A stretch of 64,000 bases of DNA from Myxococcota bacterium (GTDB lineage Bacteria; Myxococcota_A; UBA9160; UBA4427): positions 800,001 to 864,000 of the forward strand of contig OZ252299.1 in the NCBI GenBank assembly GCA_965250285.1, read 5' to 3'. The notes beneath the pieces are model-generated. The model was given only the letters and a program-made list of their open reading frames with translations, was not told the origin of the DNA and searched no databases. Shown here piece after piece: positions 19,420 through 29,727 of the stretch. The stretch's first letter is position 1. Each line of letters starts with the position of its first letter. The translations under genes and the position numbers were made by a program.

Positions 19420-21285
19420 ATGGACGAGGAGCCTCTGAAGACCCGGCGCGCGAGGGCGCTCGCCGTCGGCGCTCTGCTCGTCGTCGTGGCCGCGCTCTGG
19501 GTCGGCCGCTCGCTTTGGATGATCGGGCTCGACCCGTCGCCTCCAGCCGCCATCGCTTCTGACCTCGATCTCGCGCGTGCGCTGCGCTTTGGCATCCTCC
19601 GCGCAAACGACGCGGGCGCCAAGCCGCGCAGCGTCGACCAGCGCGTGATCGTGCCACCGGGTTCGGCCGTGGCCTGGACGGTGCGCTTGCCCTCGCCGAC
19701 CGGCGGGCTCGCCGCCGCGGCGATCGAGCTCGAACCGGGGGCGCGCGCATCGATTCACGTCGGCGATGAGGCGGGCGTCCAGCGACTGATCTCGCTCGAG
19801 GGCTGCGCCGCGGATTGCCGTTTCCCGCTGGACGACTTTGCGGGTCGCATCGTGCGCATCGCCGCGCGCGGTCCCGCGCCCGGCCGCGGGCCGCTCGTGC
19901 TCGTCGAGCCTTCGCTCTATGGGCCGGCTCCGACGAGCTCGTCCGGTGCAGCCTTCGATGCGCCGCGGCCGCCCATCATCCTCTACCTCGTCGACACCCT
20001 GCGCGCGGACAAGCTCGGTGCGTACGGCAGCGACCGCGGTCTCACCCCCGAGATCGATGCCTTTGCAGAAGGCGCGACCGTCTTCGAAGAGACGCTCGCG
20101 CAGGCGCCGTGGACCAAACCATCGGTGGCGTCGATCTTCACCGGCCTCTACGCCCGCGTGCACCGCATCATGACCCGGCAGAGCGCGTTGCCCGATTCAG
20201 CGATGACCCTCGCCGAGCTTCTGGGCCTGAACGGCTACCGCACGGGCGCCGTCGTGACCAACGGGCTCGTCGATGCCGACTTCGGGTTCGACCAGGGGTT
20301 CGAGTACTTCGTGCGCGAGCGGGGGCGGGCGCCCGAGGTCGAGGGCATCACGGGGTTCCAGGCCGACAAGCCGGCCATCGACTCGGACATCGCGCAAGCG
20401 GCCGTCTGGCCGTGGCTCGACGCGATCGAGCCGGATCAGCCCTTCTTCCTCTACGTGCACGTGCTCGATCCACACTCCCCCCACTTTCCGCCCGATCCGT
20501 TTCGAGCGCGCTTCGTTCCCGAGCTCGATCGGTTCGATCTCGGCAGCATGGAATCGATTCGCCAGATGGACGAACGCACGGGGGCCGGCGAGCCGCCGCC
20601 GCCCCGCGAGCAGGCGCAGCTCGAGACCCTCTACGAGGCCGAGATCGCCCACAACGATCATCAGTTCGGCCTCTTCATCGATGAGCTGCGCGAGCGCGGC
20701 CTGTACGACGAGGCCTTGATCGTACTGGTGAGCGATCACGGCGAGGCGTTCTGGGAGCACGGTCTTCGCGGGCACGGCAAGACCCTGCACGAAGAGCTGC
20801 TCCACGTTCCGTTGATCGTGAAGGCCCCGCATCAGACGACGGCCGCGCGCGTACGTTCGCTGGCGCAGCATGTCGATCTGCTGCCGACCTTCACGGACTA
20901 TGCGGGCATCGCGCCGCCGGGCGCGATCAATGGTCGAAGTCTGCGACCCCTGATCGAAGACGGCGACGCGGCGGAGCCATCCGAGGTGTCGCCCATCGGT
21001 GTTTCGGCGGGCACCTTTGGCACCGGCGTGGGGACGGCGATCCGTGAGGGGCGGTGGAAGCTGATCAAGCGGCAGCGGCCGACGAACTCGGTCGAGCTCT
21101 TCGATCTCGAGGCCGATCCGGCTGAGTCGCGCGACGTCTCGGGCGAGCACCCCCTGGTGACGCGCTACCTGCTCGAGAAGGCGGCGCGCATCGAGGCCGA
21201 CACCGCCGCGCCCTGGGCATCGACCGAGCGCGAGATCACGCCGCAGAAGGCCGCCGAGCTGAAGGCGCTCGGCTACATCGAGTAG
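19420..21285 (+). CDS. Membrane-anchored sulfatase-like hydrolase/transferase (alkaline phosphatase superfamily)
   Basis: VDTLRAD, APWTKPSVASIFTG, DPHSPH, SDHGE, LHVPLI, LFDLEADPAE, LKALGYIE; N-terminal TM segment. Confidence 0.85.
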   Translation: MDEEPLKTRRARALAVGALLVVVAALWVGRSLWMIGLDPSPPAAIASDLDLARALRFGILRANDAGAKPRSVDQRVIVPPGSAVAWTVRLPSPTGGLAAAAIELEPGARASIHVGDEAGVQRLISLEGCAADCRFPLDDFAGRIVRIAARGPAPGRGPLVLVEPSLYGPAPTSSSGAAFDAPRPPIILYLVDTLRADKLGAYGSDRGLTPEIDAFAEGATVFEETLAQAPWTKPSVASIFTGLYARVHRIMTRQSALPDSAMTLAELLGLNGYRTGAVVTNGLVDADFGFDQGFEYFVRERGRAPEVEGITGFQADKPAIDSDIAQAAVWPWLDAIEPDQPFFLYVHVLDPHSPHFPPDPFRARFVPELDRFDLGSMESIRQMDERTGAGEPPPPREQAQLETLYEAEIAHNDHQFGLFIDELRERGLYDEALIVLVSDHGEAFWEHGLRGHGKTLHEELLHVPLIVKAPHQTTAARVRSLAQHVDLLPTFTDYAGIAPPGAINGRSLRPLIEDGDAAEPSEVSPIGVSAGTFGTGVGTAIREGRWKLIKRQRPTNSVELFDLEADPAESRDVSGEHPLVTRYLLEKAARIEADTAAPWASTEREITPQKAAELKALGYIE

Positions 21286-21289
21286 AGGC

Positions 21290-22153
21290 TTACGGACGCA
21301 CGGCTGGCCCGACGACGTCTGCCCTGACCGAGTCGCTTGGCTGGCACCGCGGACACCAGAACGTGACGCGCGCGTCGTCTCCGAGTCGATCGACCTCGAT
21401 CGGATGGCCGCAGCGCATGCACGGCCGTTCCGCTCGCCCGTACACGAAGTAGCGCGTCTCGCCGGGGCGGACGGGGTGATCTGCGTCGACCCGCCGGATG
21501 GTCGTGCGTCGCCACCCGCCCAGATTGTGAGAGAGCAGCGTGCGCGCCCGGCGGTAGAGGCGAACGATTTGCTCGTCCTTCACATGGCCGGCCTGTGCCC
21601 ATGGGGCGAGCCCTTCGAGGAACAGCACTTCGCACCGATAGACGTTGCCGATCCCGCACGCTACGCGCTGATCGAGCAGCAGCTCCGTGATCGTACGCGG
21701 CTCTCGTCGGCGCGCGCGTCGCAAGACATCGTCGAAGTCGACCGCCGGTGCGAGCAGGTCGGGCCCGAGCTTCGAGAGCACCGGATGGTGCGCGAGGTCG
21801 ACCCCCCGAAGCACCTCCGCGCGCGCCGCACGTCGAACGGACCAGCCGCGGTCTGCGATCGCCACGCGCAGGTGCTCGTCGCGGTGGCCGCGCCGCGGCT
21901 GTCTCGGATCGTAGACGTGGATCCTCCCCCGCATGCCCAGATGGACGTGAATGACGTGCCGATGCAGTGGCTTCTCGTGCGCGGCCAGCGACAGCAGCAG
22001 ATGCTTGCCGATCGCGGCCACCTGCTCGATGCGGTGGCCAGCGAGCGTTTCGATCTCCCCGCGATCGCGCAGCCAGACCGAGACGACGTCGCGCCCCTCG
22101 GCCTCGGGCCTCATTGCCCCCGCGATCTTGTGGAGGGTGTCCCCCTCCGGCAC
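21290..22153 (-). CDS. nei: Fpg/Nei family DNA glycosylase
   Basis: N-terminal PEGD, GKHLL, HLGM, H2TH motif LLDQ..GIGNVY, Zn finger CMRC..CPRC. GTG start directly after the lhr stop. Confidence 0.88.
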   Translation of the reverse strand: MPEGDTLHKIAGAMRPEAEGRDVVSVWLRDRGEIETLAGHRIEQVAAIGKHLLLSLAAHEKPLHRHVIHVHLGMRGRIHVYDPRQPRRGHRDEHLRVAIADRGWSVRRAARAEVLRGVDLAHHPVLSKLGPDLLAPAVDFDDVLRRARRREPRTITELLLDQRVACGIGNVYRCEVLFLEGLAPWAQAGHVKDEQIVRLYRRARTLLSHNLGGWRRTTIRRVDADHPVRPGETRYFVYGRAERPCMRCGHPIEVDRLGDDARVTFWCPRCQPSDSVRADVVGPAVRP

Positions 22154-22154
22154 C

Positions 22155-25100
22155 TCAGCGTTCCTCCGAAGCGGGCAGGCATTGTCGATCGAACTCGAGG
22201 CCGCGATAGGCACGCCGCCAGCCCGCGCGATGAAAGACGTCGCCCATGGCCGTCGCGGCGGCTGGTTCTCCGTCGATCGTCTCGATCTGGAGCACCTTTC
22301 GCTGCCGGGGCAGGAGCGTCTGCGCGAGGGCCAGCGCCGCCGCCAGCCGGGCGTCTTCTTCGTGGGCGGGCTCTTGGGTGGCGAAGGTCGACACGTTCTT
22401 CGCGCCCTTGCTCGCGTAGAGCACCAGCTCGCCGCCGACGAGCACCACGCTGGCCCCTGCGACGCGACGCGGCTTCGCGTTGTCATCGTTCGCTTCGGGC
22501 CAGGGCAGGAGCGCGCCGTACGGGTTGGCCGGGTCGCTCGCGGCCAGCGTGATGGCCCTGGCGTGGATGTCGCGGGCGCGCGCCGAACGCAGCAGGTCGA
22601 CGGCTGCCGCGTACGCGAACTGGGCGCCGGTGTAGCCCTCGACGAAATGGCCTCGGCGTATCTTGCCCGCTTCTTCCATCGCGCGGAGGACGGGATAGAC
22701 GGCGCTGAAGCCGCCGCTCAGGTTCTCGAGGGCCATCGCGTCGCGGCTCAGGATGCCGAAGCGTTCGAGCAGACCGTGCGCGCGCGCGTGGGCTCGCTCG
22801 GTCGGCGACACCGGCTCGCCGATCAGCTGGCTCACGAGCGACCAGCGACCCGCCGAGGCCGGCGGCGCCGCGGCTGCGCCCGGCAGCCTGGGTCGGCGCG
22901 GACGCCGGTGTGCGGAGCGACTGCGCTTGCTGCCGGTTCTGCGGCCGAGCGCGCGCAGCGGGGCAAACGCGTCGTTGGTGACGAGGCCGCGCCAGACGAG
23001 ATCCCACAGCGCGTCGAACACCGCCTTCTCGGATGCGTCGGGCGCCGCACGCGTCAGATCGTGATAGAAGGACGCCCCTTGTTGCGCGAGCGTATCGAGC
23101 AGGGTGACGTGCAGCGGCTCGAGATCTTCGGGCTGATCGACCGGTTCGACGAGCTGGTGCACGTGCTCGCGGCGGTAGAGCGCAACCCGGCCGTCGCGAG
23201 GCCCGAGGGTGCCGCAGCCGATCCAGACGAGCTGACCGAGCGAGCCGCGTTCGTCGAGCTGACGCGGATCGAAACCCTCGACGCGACTCGGCAGGATCGC
23301 GTCCTCGAGCTCTCCGAACGAGACCGGTAGGCCCTCGAGCTGATCGATGACCTCGTCGAGCCGCGCTTCGCCGCGCAAGGGCCGCGCTACACCGTGCCAC
23401 TCGGCGAGAAAGCGAGCGACCACCGCGCCTTCGACCGGCGCGACCTCGTTGCGCAGCTTGGCGAGCGTGTGTCGTCGCAGCCGTCGCAGCACTTCGGCGT
23501 CGCACCATTCGCGCTCCAGGCCCTCGGGATGGAACTCGCCCGAGAGCAGCCGGCCGCGATCGACGAGGCTCTCGAAGATCGGATCGAGCTGCGCGGGCAG
23601 CATCGCGTAGCGCTCGGCGACGTCCCGCGTCACGAACGGGCCCCGCTGCCGGGCATGTCGAAGCAGGATCTGCTCGAGCGGACGCTCGGTGGGAGCGAGC
23701 AGGGCGTCGGGCAGGCCGCCGGGCGGCACGGCGCCCAGGGCATCGCGGTAGAGCGCAGCGTCTTCGGTCGCGACGAAGCGCTCTTCGCCGCCGATGCGCA
23801 TGCACACGATTCGCCGAGCACCCTGCAGCGTTTCGATCCACGGAGCGACTTCGCCGCTCGCGCGCGCCTCGATCTCGCGCTGCGAAAGGTCACCGAGCAC
23901 ACGAAGCAGGTCGTGCAGCCCTTCGGCGTCGGTGATGCGACGCTCGGCAGTGCGAAACTGCAGCAGGGCTTCGACGTCGGCGATGACGTCTGCATCGAGC
24001 AGGTCACGCAGCTCTTCATCGCCGAGCAGCTCGCGCAGCATCTGGCGATCGAGCGAGAGCGCTTGCGCGCGCCGCTCGGCGAGCGGCACGTCGCCCTGGT
24101 ACAGATAGGTGGCGGTGTACGCGAACACGAGCGATCGCGCGAAGGGGGAGGCCGCGCGCGTTTCGACTTCGTCGACCCGCACCGCGCGCTGCCGCACTGC
24201 TCCGAGCAGCGTACGCAGACTCGGCAAGTCGAACACGTCCTGCAGGCACGAGCGATAGGTTTCGAGCATGATCGGGAACGAGGGGAAGCCGCGCGCGACG
24301 GCCAGCAGGTTCTGCGCGCGCAGGCGCTGCGTCCACAAGGGCGTGCGAGCGCCGGGCCGGCGCCGCGGCAGCAGCAACGCCCGCGCAGCGTTCTCGCGAA
24401 ACTGCGCGGCGAACAGCGAAGAGCCGGCGAGCTGAGCCACGACCAGGTCTTCGACCTCCTCCGGATCGGGCAGCAGGGATTCGAGCGGGGGCGTGTTCTC
24501 GCTGTCGGCGAAGCGAAGGGCGATGCCATCGTCGCTCCAGAGCGCCTGCACCTCGAAGCCGGCCTCGGTGCTGAGCCGAGACTCGATCGCGAGCGCCCAA
24601 GGGGCGTGGACCCGCGCGCCAAAGGGGGAGAGGATGCAGACCCGCCAGTCGCCGAGCTCGTCGCGGAATCGCTCGACGGTGATCGAGCGGTCGGTGGGCA
24701 GCCCACCCGTTGCTTCTTCTTGATCGAGCACGTAGGCGACGAGGTTTCCCGCGGCCCATGCGTCGAGGTCGTGGCTGTCGCGGAGCCACCGCTCACCGGC
24801 TTCGCGCCCTTCGTCGTGGCAGACATCGGCCAGTGAGCGAACGAACTCGCCGAGACGTCGTCCGAGCTCGATGGGGCGCCCGGGCCCTTCACCGTGCCAG
24901 AACGGAAGCTTGCCCGGCTCGCCCGGGGCGGGCGTCACGGTCACGCGATCACGGGTGATTTCGGTGACGCGCCAGGTCGAGGCACCGAGCGTGACCGTCT
25001 CGCCCGGCCTCGTCTCGTGCACCATCTCTTCGTCGAGCTCACCGATGCGCGGGCCTTCCGGGCCGAGATGCACGGCGTAGAGACCCCGATCGGGGATCGT

Positions 25101-26768
25101 CCCGCCCGAGAGAATGGCGAGTCTCGACGCGCCGGGTCGGGCTTCGAGGGTGTCGCTCGTGCGATCCCAGGTGAGCCGAGGCCGCAGCTCGCTGAAGTCG
25201 GTCGAGGGGTATCGCCCGGCCAGCATGTCGAGCACCGAGTCGAGGACCTCGCGCGAGAGCTCTCGGAAGTTCGCCGTTCGGCGCACGACGTCGTGGAGCG
25301 CATCGACCGCCCACTTTTCCTGGCCCACCATCGCCACGATCTGCTGGGCCAGCACGTCGAGGGGGTTGCGCGGGACGGCCACCGCTTCGACCTCGCCGCG
25401 ACGCATCCCGTCGGCCACGACCGTGGCCTCGAGCAGATCACCGCGATGCTTCGGGTAGATGTGCCCGATGCTCGTGGCGCCCACTTGATGACCGGCCCGA
25501 CCCACGCGCTGAAGGCCGCGCGCGACCGCGCCCGGCGATTCGACCATCAGGACGAGATCGACCGCCCCCATGTCGATCCCGAGCTCGAGGGAGCTCGTGG
25601 CGACGATGCCGCGCAGCGCGCCGGTCTTGAGGGCCTCTTCGATCTCCTTGCGCTTCTCGTGCGCGATGCTGCCGTGGTGAGCGCGCACCAGCTCTTCCTC
25701 GGCCAGCTCGTTGAGTCGCTGCGCGAGCTTCTCGCACAAGCCTCGACTGTTCACGAAGACGATCGCGCTCTGGTGAGCGCGAATGGCTTCGACGAGCTTC
25801 GGGTAGAGCGCGGGCCAGAGGCTCACCGGCGGCGGCGGGCGATCGCGGGCCATGAGCGAGCCCAGCACCGAACCTTCGCGGATCGGTGCGGCGCCGGCGG
25901 CTTCTGCATCGAAGGCGTCTGCCCCATCGATGTCCGCGTCGACCGCCGCTTCGTCTGCGAGGCCGTCTCCTTCGCTCGAGTCGACCGTGTCGTCCTCGGC
26001 CGGCTGAGGCGTCGGCATCACGTCGGGCCGCGTCATGTCGGGCACCGGCACCGAGACCGTGAGGTCGAGCCGCGGCGGTCGGCTGGTGTCGACGAGCGAG
26101 ACGTCGCGGTCGCCGCCGAGGTAGCGGCCGATCTGCTCGAGGGGGCGTGCCGTCGCCGACAGACCGATCCGCTGCGGATCCTTGCCGGTGAGCGCGGCCA
26201 GTCGCTCGAGTGAGAGCGCGAGGTGTGCGCCGCGCTTCGTCGGGGCCAGCGCGTGAATTTCGTCGACGATCACCGCCTCGACGTGACGAAGGGTCTCGCG
26301 CGCCTTCGAGCCGAGCAACAGGTAGAGCGACTCGGGCGTCGTCACCAGGATCTCGGCCGGATCCTTGGCCTGGATGCGGCGCTCCTTCTGCGACGTATCG
26401 CCCGTGCGCACCGCCACCCGTGGCGAACGGAAGGCCTCGCCCTTCGTCTCTGCAGCGCGCGCGAGACCCATGAGGGGCGCACGCAGGTTGCGCTCGATGT
26501 CGTAGACCAGCGCCTTGAGCGGTGAGACGTAGAGCACGCGTACGCCCGGCTCTTCTGGGTCGGCGAGCGCAGGCCGACGTGAGAGCCGATCGATCCAATA
26601 GAAGAAGGCCGCCAGCGTCTTGCCGCTGCCGGTCGGTGCCACCAAGAGCGCGTGCTGGCCCTCCGCGATGCGCGCCCAGCCCTCGCGCTGGACAGGGGTG
26701 GGCGCATCGAAGTTGGCTTCGAACCAGCGCTTGGCTGCGTTGCCGAAGCCGACGTCGAGGAGGCTCAT
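22155..26768 (-). CDS. lhr: Long-form ATP-dependent helicase Lhr
   Basis: APTGSGKT, SPLKAL, TTPESL, DEIH, GLSAT, TSSLELGID, QRVGRAGH, C-terminal ASDPANPYG; 1537 aa. Confidence 0.92.
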   Translation of the reverse strand: MSLLDVGFGNAAKRWFEANFDAPTPVQREGWARIAEGQHALLVAPTGSGKTLAAFFYWIDRLSRRPALADPEEPGVRVLYVSPLKALVYDIERNLRAPLMGLARAAETKGEAFRSPRVAVRTGDTSQKERRIQAKDPAEILVTTPESLYLLLGSKARETLRHVEAVIVDEIHALAPTKRGAHLALSLERLAALTGKDPQRIGLSATARPLEQIGRYLGGDRDVSLVDTSRPPRLDLTVSVPVPDMTRPDVMPTPQPAEDDTVDSSEGDGLADEAAVDADIDGADAFDAEAAGAAPIREGSVLGSLMARDRPPPPVSLWPALYPKLVEAIRAHQSAIVFVNSRGLCEKLAQRLNELAEEELVRAHHGSIAHEKRKEIEEALKTGALRGIVATSSLELGIDMGAVDLVLMVESPGAVARGLQRVGRAGHQVGATSIGHIYPKHRGDLLEATVVADGMRRGEVEAVAVPRNPLDVLAQQIVAMVGQEKWAVDALHDVVRRTANFRELSREVLDSVLDMLAGRYPSTDFSELRPRLTWDRTSDTLEARPGASRLAILSGGTIPDRGLYAVHLGPEGPRIGELDEEMVHETRPGETVTLGASTWRVTEITRDRVTVTPAPGEPGKLPFWHGEGPGRPIELGRRLGEFVRSLADVCHDEGREAGERWLRDSHDLDAWAAGNLVAYVLDQEEATGGLPTDRSITVERFRDELGDWRVCILSPFGARVHAPWALAIESRLSTEAGFEVQALWSDDGIALRFADSENTPPLESLLPDPEEVEDLVVAQLAGSSLFAAQFRENAARALLLPRRRPGARTPLWTQRLRAQNLLAVARGFPSFPIMLETYRSCLQDVFDLPSLRTLLGAVRQRAVRVDEVETRAASPFARSLVFAYTATYLYQGDVPLAERRAQALSLDRQMLRELLGDEELRDLLDADVIADVEALLQFRTAERRITDAEGLHDLLRVLGDLSQREIEARASGEVAPWIETLQGARRIVCMRIGGEERFVATEDAALYRDALGAVPPGGLPDALLAPTERPLEQILLRHARQRGPFVTRDVAERYAMLPAQLDPIFESLVDRGRLLSGEFHPEGLEREWCDAEVLRRLRRHTLAKLRNEVAPVEGAVVARFLAEWHGVARPLRGEARLDEVIDQLEGLPVSFGELEDAILPSRVEGFDPRQLDERGSLGQLVWIGCGTLGPRDGRVALYRREHVHQLVEPVDQPEDLEPLHVTLLDTLAQQGASFYHDLTRAAPDASEKAVFDALWDLVWRGLVTNDAFAPLRALGRRTGSKRSRSAHRRPRRPRLPGAAAAPPASAGRWSLVSQLIGEPVSPTERAHARAHGLLERFGILSRDAMALENLSGGFSAVYPVLRAMEEAGKIRRGHFVEGYTGAQFAYAAAVDLLRSARARDIHARAITLAASDPANPYGALLPWPEANDDNAKPRRVAGASVVLVGGELVLYASKGAKNVSTFATQEPAHEEDARLAAALALAQTLLPRQRKVLQIETIDGEPAAATAMGDVFHRAGWRRAYRGLEFDRQCLPASEER

Positions 26769-27172
26769 GTGGAACTCCTCGACGCACGCCAGGACGCCGG
26801 CTCTCGGCTGCCGTGACGCGCATGGCGACGTCGGACTTCGCGTCGCACTGCCTCGCGCTCGCGAATCAACGCCAATCGGCGCCTCGCCTCTCGCATCGCG
26901 ACCGCACCGCGACGCGGCGGTGACTCCACCGTATCCGAGGAAGGGGCCGTGTCAAAGCTGGACAAGGGCGAGCGCCGCGCGGGGGCGCTCTGGGCCGGTT
27001 CGGCGCCGCATGCACCGAATCCGCTGCTCTCCGGCGGCGGCTCGTCGCCGCGTCGTCAGGGCACCCGCTCGATGCCTCTCCAGCGCCGATCTTCCAGGAA
27101 GAAGCGCACCCGACGGTGTCGCTCGCGGTCGAGCCCGAGCCACTCGAGCTCGACGCGTCGTTGCAGACGGGA

Positions 27173-27574
27173 TCAGCCGGCGTTCGGCTCGAGCTCGGCG
27201 TGCAGCAGCAGATCGTCGAGGCTCACGACTTCGAGCGCCGACTCGTGCGTAGCCGCGAGGTCGACGGGCGGCGCCACGCCGGCATCGAGCGCCTCCTTCC
27301 ACCGCGCGGCGCACAGACACCAGCGATCCCCGGGCTCGAGCCCCGCAAACCCGGCCGCCGGAACCGGCCGCCGCAGCTCGTTGCCCTGCTCGGCCGAGTA
27401 GGTCAGGAATGCTTCTGTCACGCGAGCGCAGATCACGTGTCGGCCGCGATCGCTGGGGCCCGTGTTGCAGCACCCGTCGCGAAAGAAGCCCGTCACCGGG
27501 TTGTCGGAGCACGAACGCAGGGGCTGGCCGAGGACGTTCCGCGAAGGGTTCTTTTCGAGTTGGCCGTCGCGCAC
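27173..27574 (-). CDS. DUF2237 family protein
   Basis: NVLGQPL..C..PVTGFFRDGCC..D.G.H.ICA, GDRWCLCAARW. Confidence 0.9.
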   Translation of the reverse strand: MRDGQLEKNPSRNVLGQPLRSCSDNPVTGFFRDGCCNTGPSDRGRHVICARVTEAFLTYSAEQGNELRRPVPAAGFAGLEPGDRWCLCAARWKEALDAGVAPPVDLAATHESALEVVSLDDLLLHAELEPNAG

Positions 27575-27754
27575 GCCCCGAAGCTAGGGGCTCTTCAGCC
27601 GGCCGTCACGCAGCCGTCCAGATCCTGCACGCGGTCGGGCGATTCGGTCGGTTGCGCTGCGCCTCGGCGATCCCGAGCCCGGCAGGGGCATGGGGCACCG
27701 TTGGGCGCGGATGCCACGATGATCGCATCGGCCCGGGCGTCGCATGCCCTGCCT

Positions 27755-29548
27755 TCAACCGCGTCGCGATCGGCGCCGCGCCAGCGCCGCGAGCAGCCCG
27801 GCGCCCGCGACCCAGCTGAGCGCGGCGGAGGGCTCGGGCACCGGCACGATCGTGTAGTCCGAGTACAGCGTGTCGGTCTCGATCTGGATCGAGAAACCCG
27901 GACTCGCGCCGACGTCGATCGCCGGCGAGATGCCGCTCACGGTGAAGGCATCGACGCCCGCCGGGCCGAAGTCGACGACGTCGCCCGGCGCGAAGGTGCC
28001 GAGGCTCGTCGCGCCCGTCGTGACCTCGAACGGGGCGTCGTAGCCGGTCGGAAAGTCGAGGATGGCCGTGAATTTCGACGATCCCGTCATCGTGTACGTG
28101 AAGCCACTGGCCACCGGCGGGTCGATCCAGCTGTTCGACGGCGCGGCGTCGAAGTGGAAGACCGGGTCGCCGCTCGTCGGATCGACGCTCACCCCGTCCG
28201 GCTTGATCGGGTCGTCCTGCGATGAGCCCGGGCCGCCGATGCCGTTGCCATCCGCATCGACGATGAAGACCGCTTCGAAGGGCAGGGAGAAGGGCTCAGA
28301 GTCGTCCAAGAGGCTGCCGCGCAAGACGATGTTGCCATTGTCGAAGCTGTTCGGCCCGAGGTCGAAGCTGGCGACGGTGTAGTCCTTTCGCCCGAATCGA
28401 AGCGTCGACCCCTGCGCCAGCACGGTTCTGAGCGTGCTCGACCCCGCGTCGAAGACAACCAGCACGCGCGAGTTGCGCGCGGTGAACGCGATGTCGAGGC
28501 CGTCGACGGCCACCTCGTCGTCGAACGCGAAGAGCGGCTCGAGACTGCCGAAGATGTCGACGGAGTCGTTCGTGTCGGCGATGGTGTCGAGGCTCGACCC
28601 GCCGCCCGATCGGTAGATGCCCTGGCGATCGAAGTCGGCCTCGCCCCGAAAGACCACGACGTTGAACGGGGGAGGGCCGCCGGGCCCGGCCGCGCCCGAT
28701 GAGCCGACGGCGGGCACGCCGAACGCAGAGAACGTCGCACCGGGAAAGTCGGGCACCGCGGCGCCTTCGGTCACGATCGTCGACCAGCCCCCGCCCGTCG
28801 GTCGGCTCCAGATGCCCTCTCCGAAGAAGCCGGGCGCGGTGGCGAAGGTCTTCACCGCCAGCGCGACGCCGGCGTTGAAGCCGTAGTTCTCACCCGATGG
28901 GGGCGAGATCGTGAAGCCGTCGGCGAGCTCTGTGAAGTCGATGACCAGCAGGCTGTCGATGAACGCCTGGCCGCCCGACTCGTAGAGCAGTTGCTGGTCG
29001 TCGAAGCCCTTGACCTCGGGTGTCACGGCGGGGGTTCCGGCGATCTCGAGGTCGGCCTGGAATCCATCGAACACGAAGATGCCGCGCTCGACGAGGCTGC
29101 TCGAACAGCCTCCCATGCCGTCGCAGACAGTCTCGGATCGATCCCCTGAGAAGGCCACGTCTTCGAGATCGGCGTGGAGCGCGCTCGTAATGTCCCATTC
29201 GTCGAAGGGCACGCCGGGCTGGGGCGACGACGAACCGAACGCCGCCGCGCTCTGCAGACCGGCGGTGGCGCGGTAGAAGAGCCCCCCGTCTTCGAGCGTC
29301 GATGCGTTGCCCACGAACGCGACGATGAAGCCGCTCGTCAAGACCGGCGGCCGGAAGGGCCCGCCGAAGCCCGGGCTCTGAAAGAAGCTGCTCGTTCCCG
29401 GAATCGGGTCGATGGTCGTCGCGATGAGCCGCGTGCGGGTGACGGTCGCGGTGGGCTGCGCCTGGGCGATGGCCGCGCAGGTCAGGCTCAACACCGAGAG
29501 CCCCGCGATGAGCCAGGTCTTGCGCCTGAGAATTGTGTTGCGCTGCAT
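27755..29548 (-). CDS. PEP-CTERM surface protein
   Basis: Signal peptide ending AIAQA; beta-rich repeats; C-terminus VPVPEPSAALSWVAGAGLLAALARRRSRRG. Confidence 0.8.
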   Translation of the reverse strand: MQRNTILRRKTWLIAGLSVLSLTCAAIAQAQPTATVTRTRLIATTIDPIPGTSSFFQSPGFGGPFRPPVLTSGFIVAFVGNASTLEDGGLFYRATAGLQSAAAFGSSSPQPGVPFDEWDITSALHADLEDVAFSGDRSETVCDGMGGCSSSLVERGIFVFDGFQADLEIAGTPAVTPEVKGFDDQQLLYESGGQAFIDSLLVIDFTELADGFTISPPSGENYGFNAGVALAVKTFATAPGFFGEGIWSRPTGGGWSTIVTEGAAVPDFPGATFSAFGVPAVGSSGAAGPGGPPPFNVVVFRGEADFDRQGIYRSGGGSSLDTIADTNDSVDIFGSLEPLFAFDDEVAVDGLDIAFTARNSRVLVVFDAGSSTLRTVLAQGSTLRFGRKDYTVASFDLGPNSFDNGNIVLRGSLLDDSEPFSLPFEAVFIVDADGNGIGGPGSSQDDPIKPDGVSVDPTSGDPVFHFDAAPSNSWIDPPVASGFTYTMTGSSKFTAILDFPTGYDAPFEVTTGATSLGTFAPGDVVDFGPAGVDAFTVSGISPAIDVGASPGFSIQIETDTLYSDYTIVPVPEPSAALSWVAGAGLLAALARRRSRRG

Positions 29549-29727
29549 CGGATTCGCCTCCCTGCCGCCGCCTGTGCCGGTTTCCACACGGTGCCCCTCG
29601 AAATCGAGTAGCCCATCTAGAGCGTCGCAGCGCCGGTCCCTGGAGTCTTGATCGAAGTGTGATCAACGGGGCGTGCAGGAGCCGAACGGGCGTCCGCGCG
29701 TTCGCGCGGGTGCATCTCGAAGGCAGA

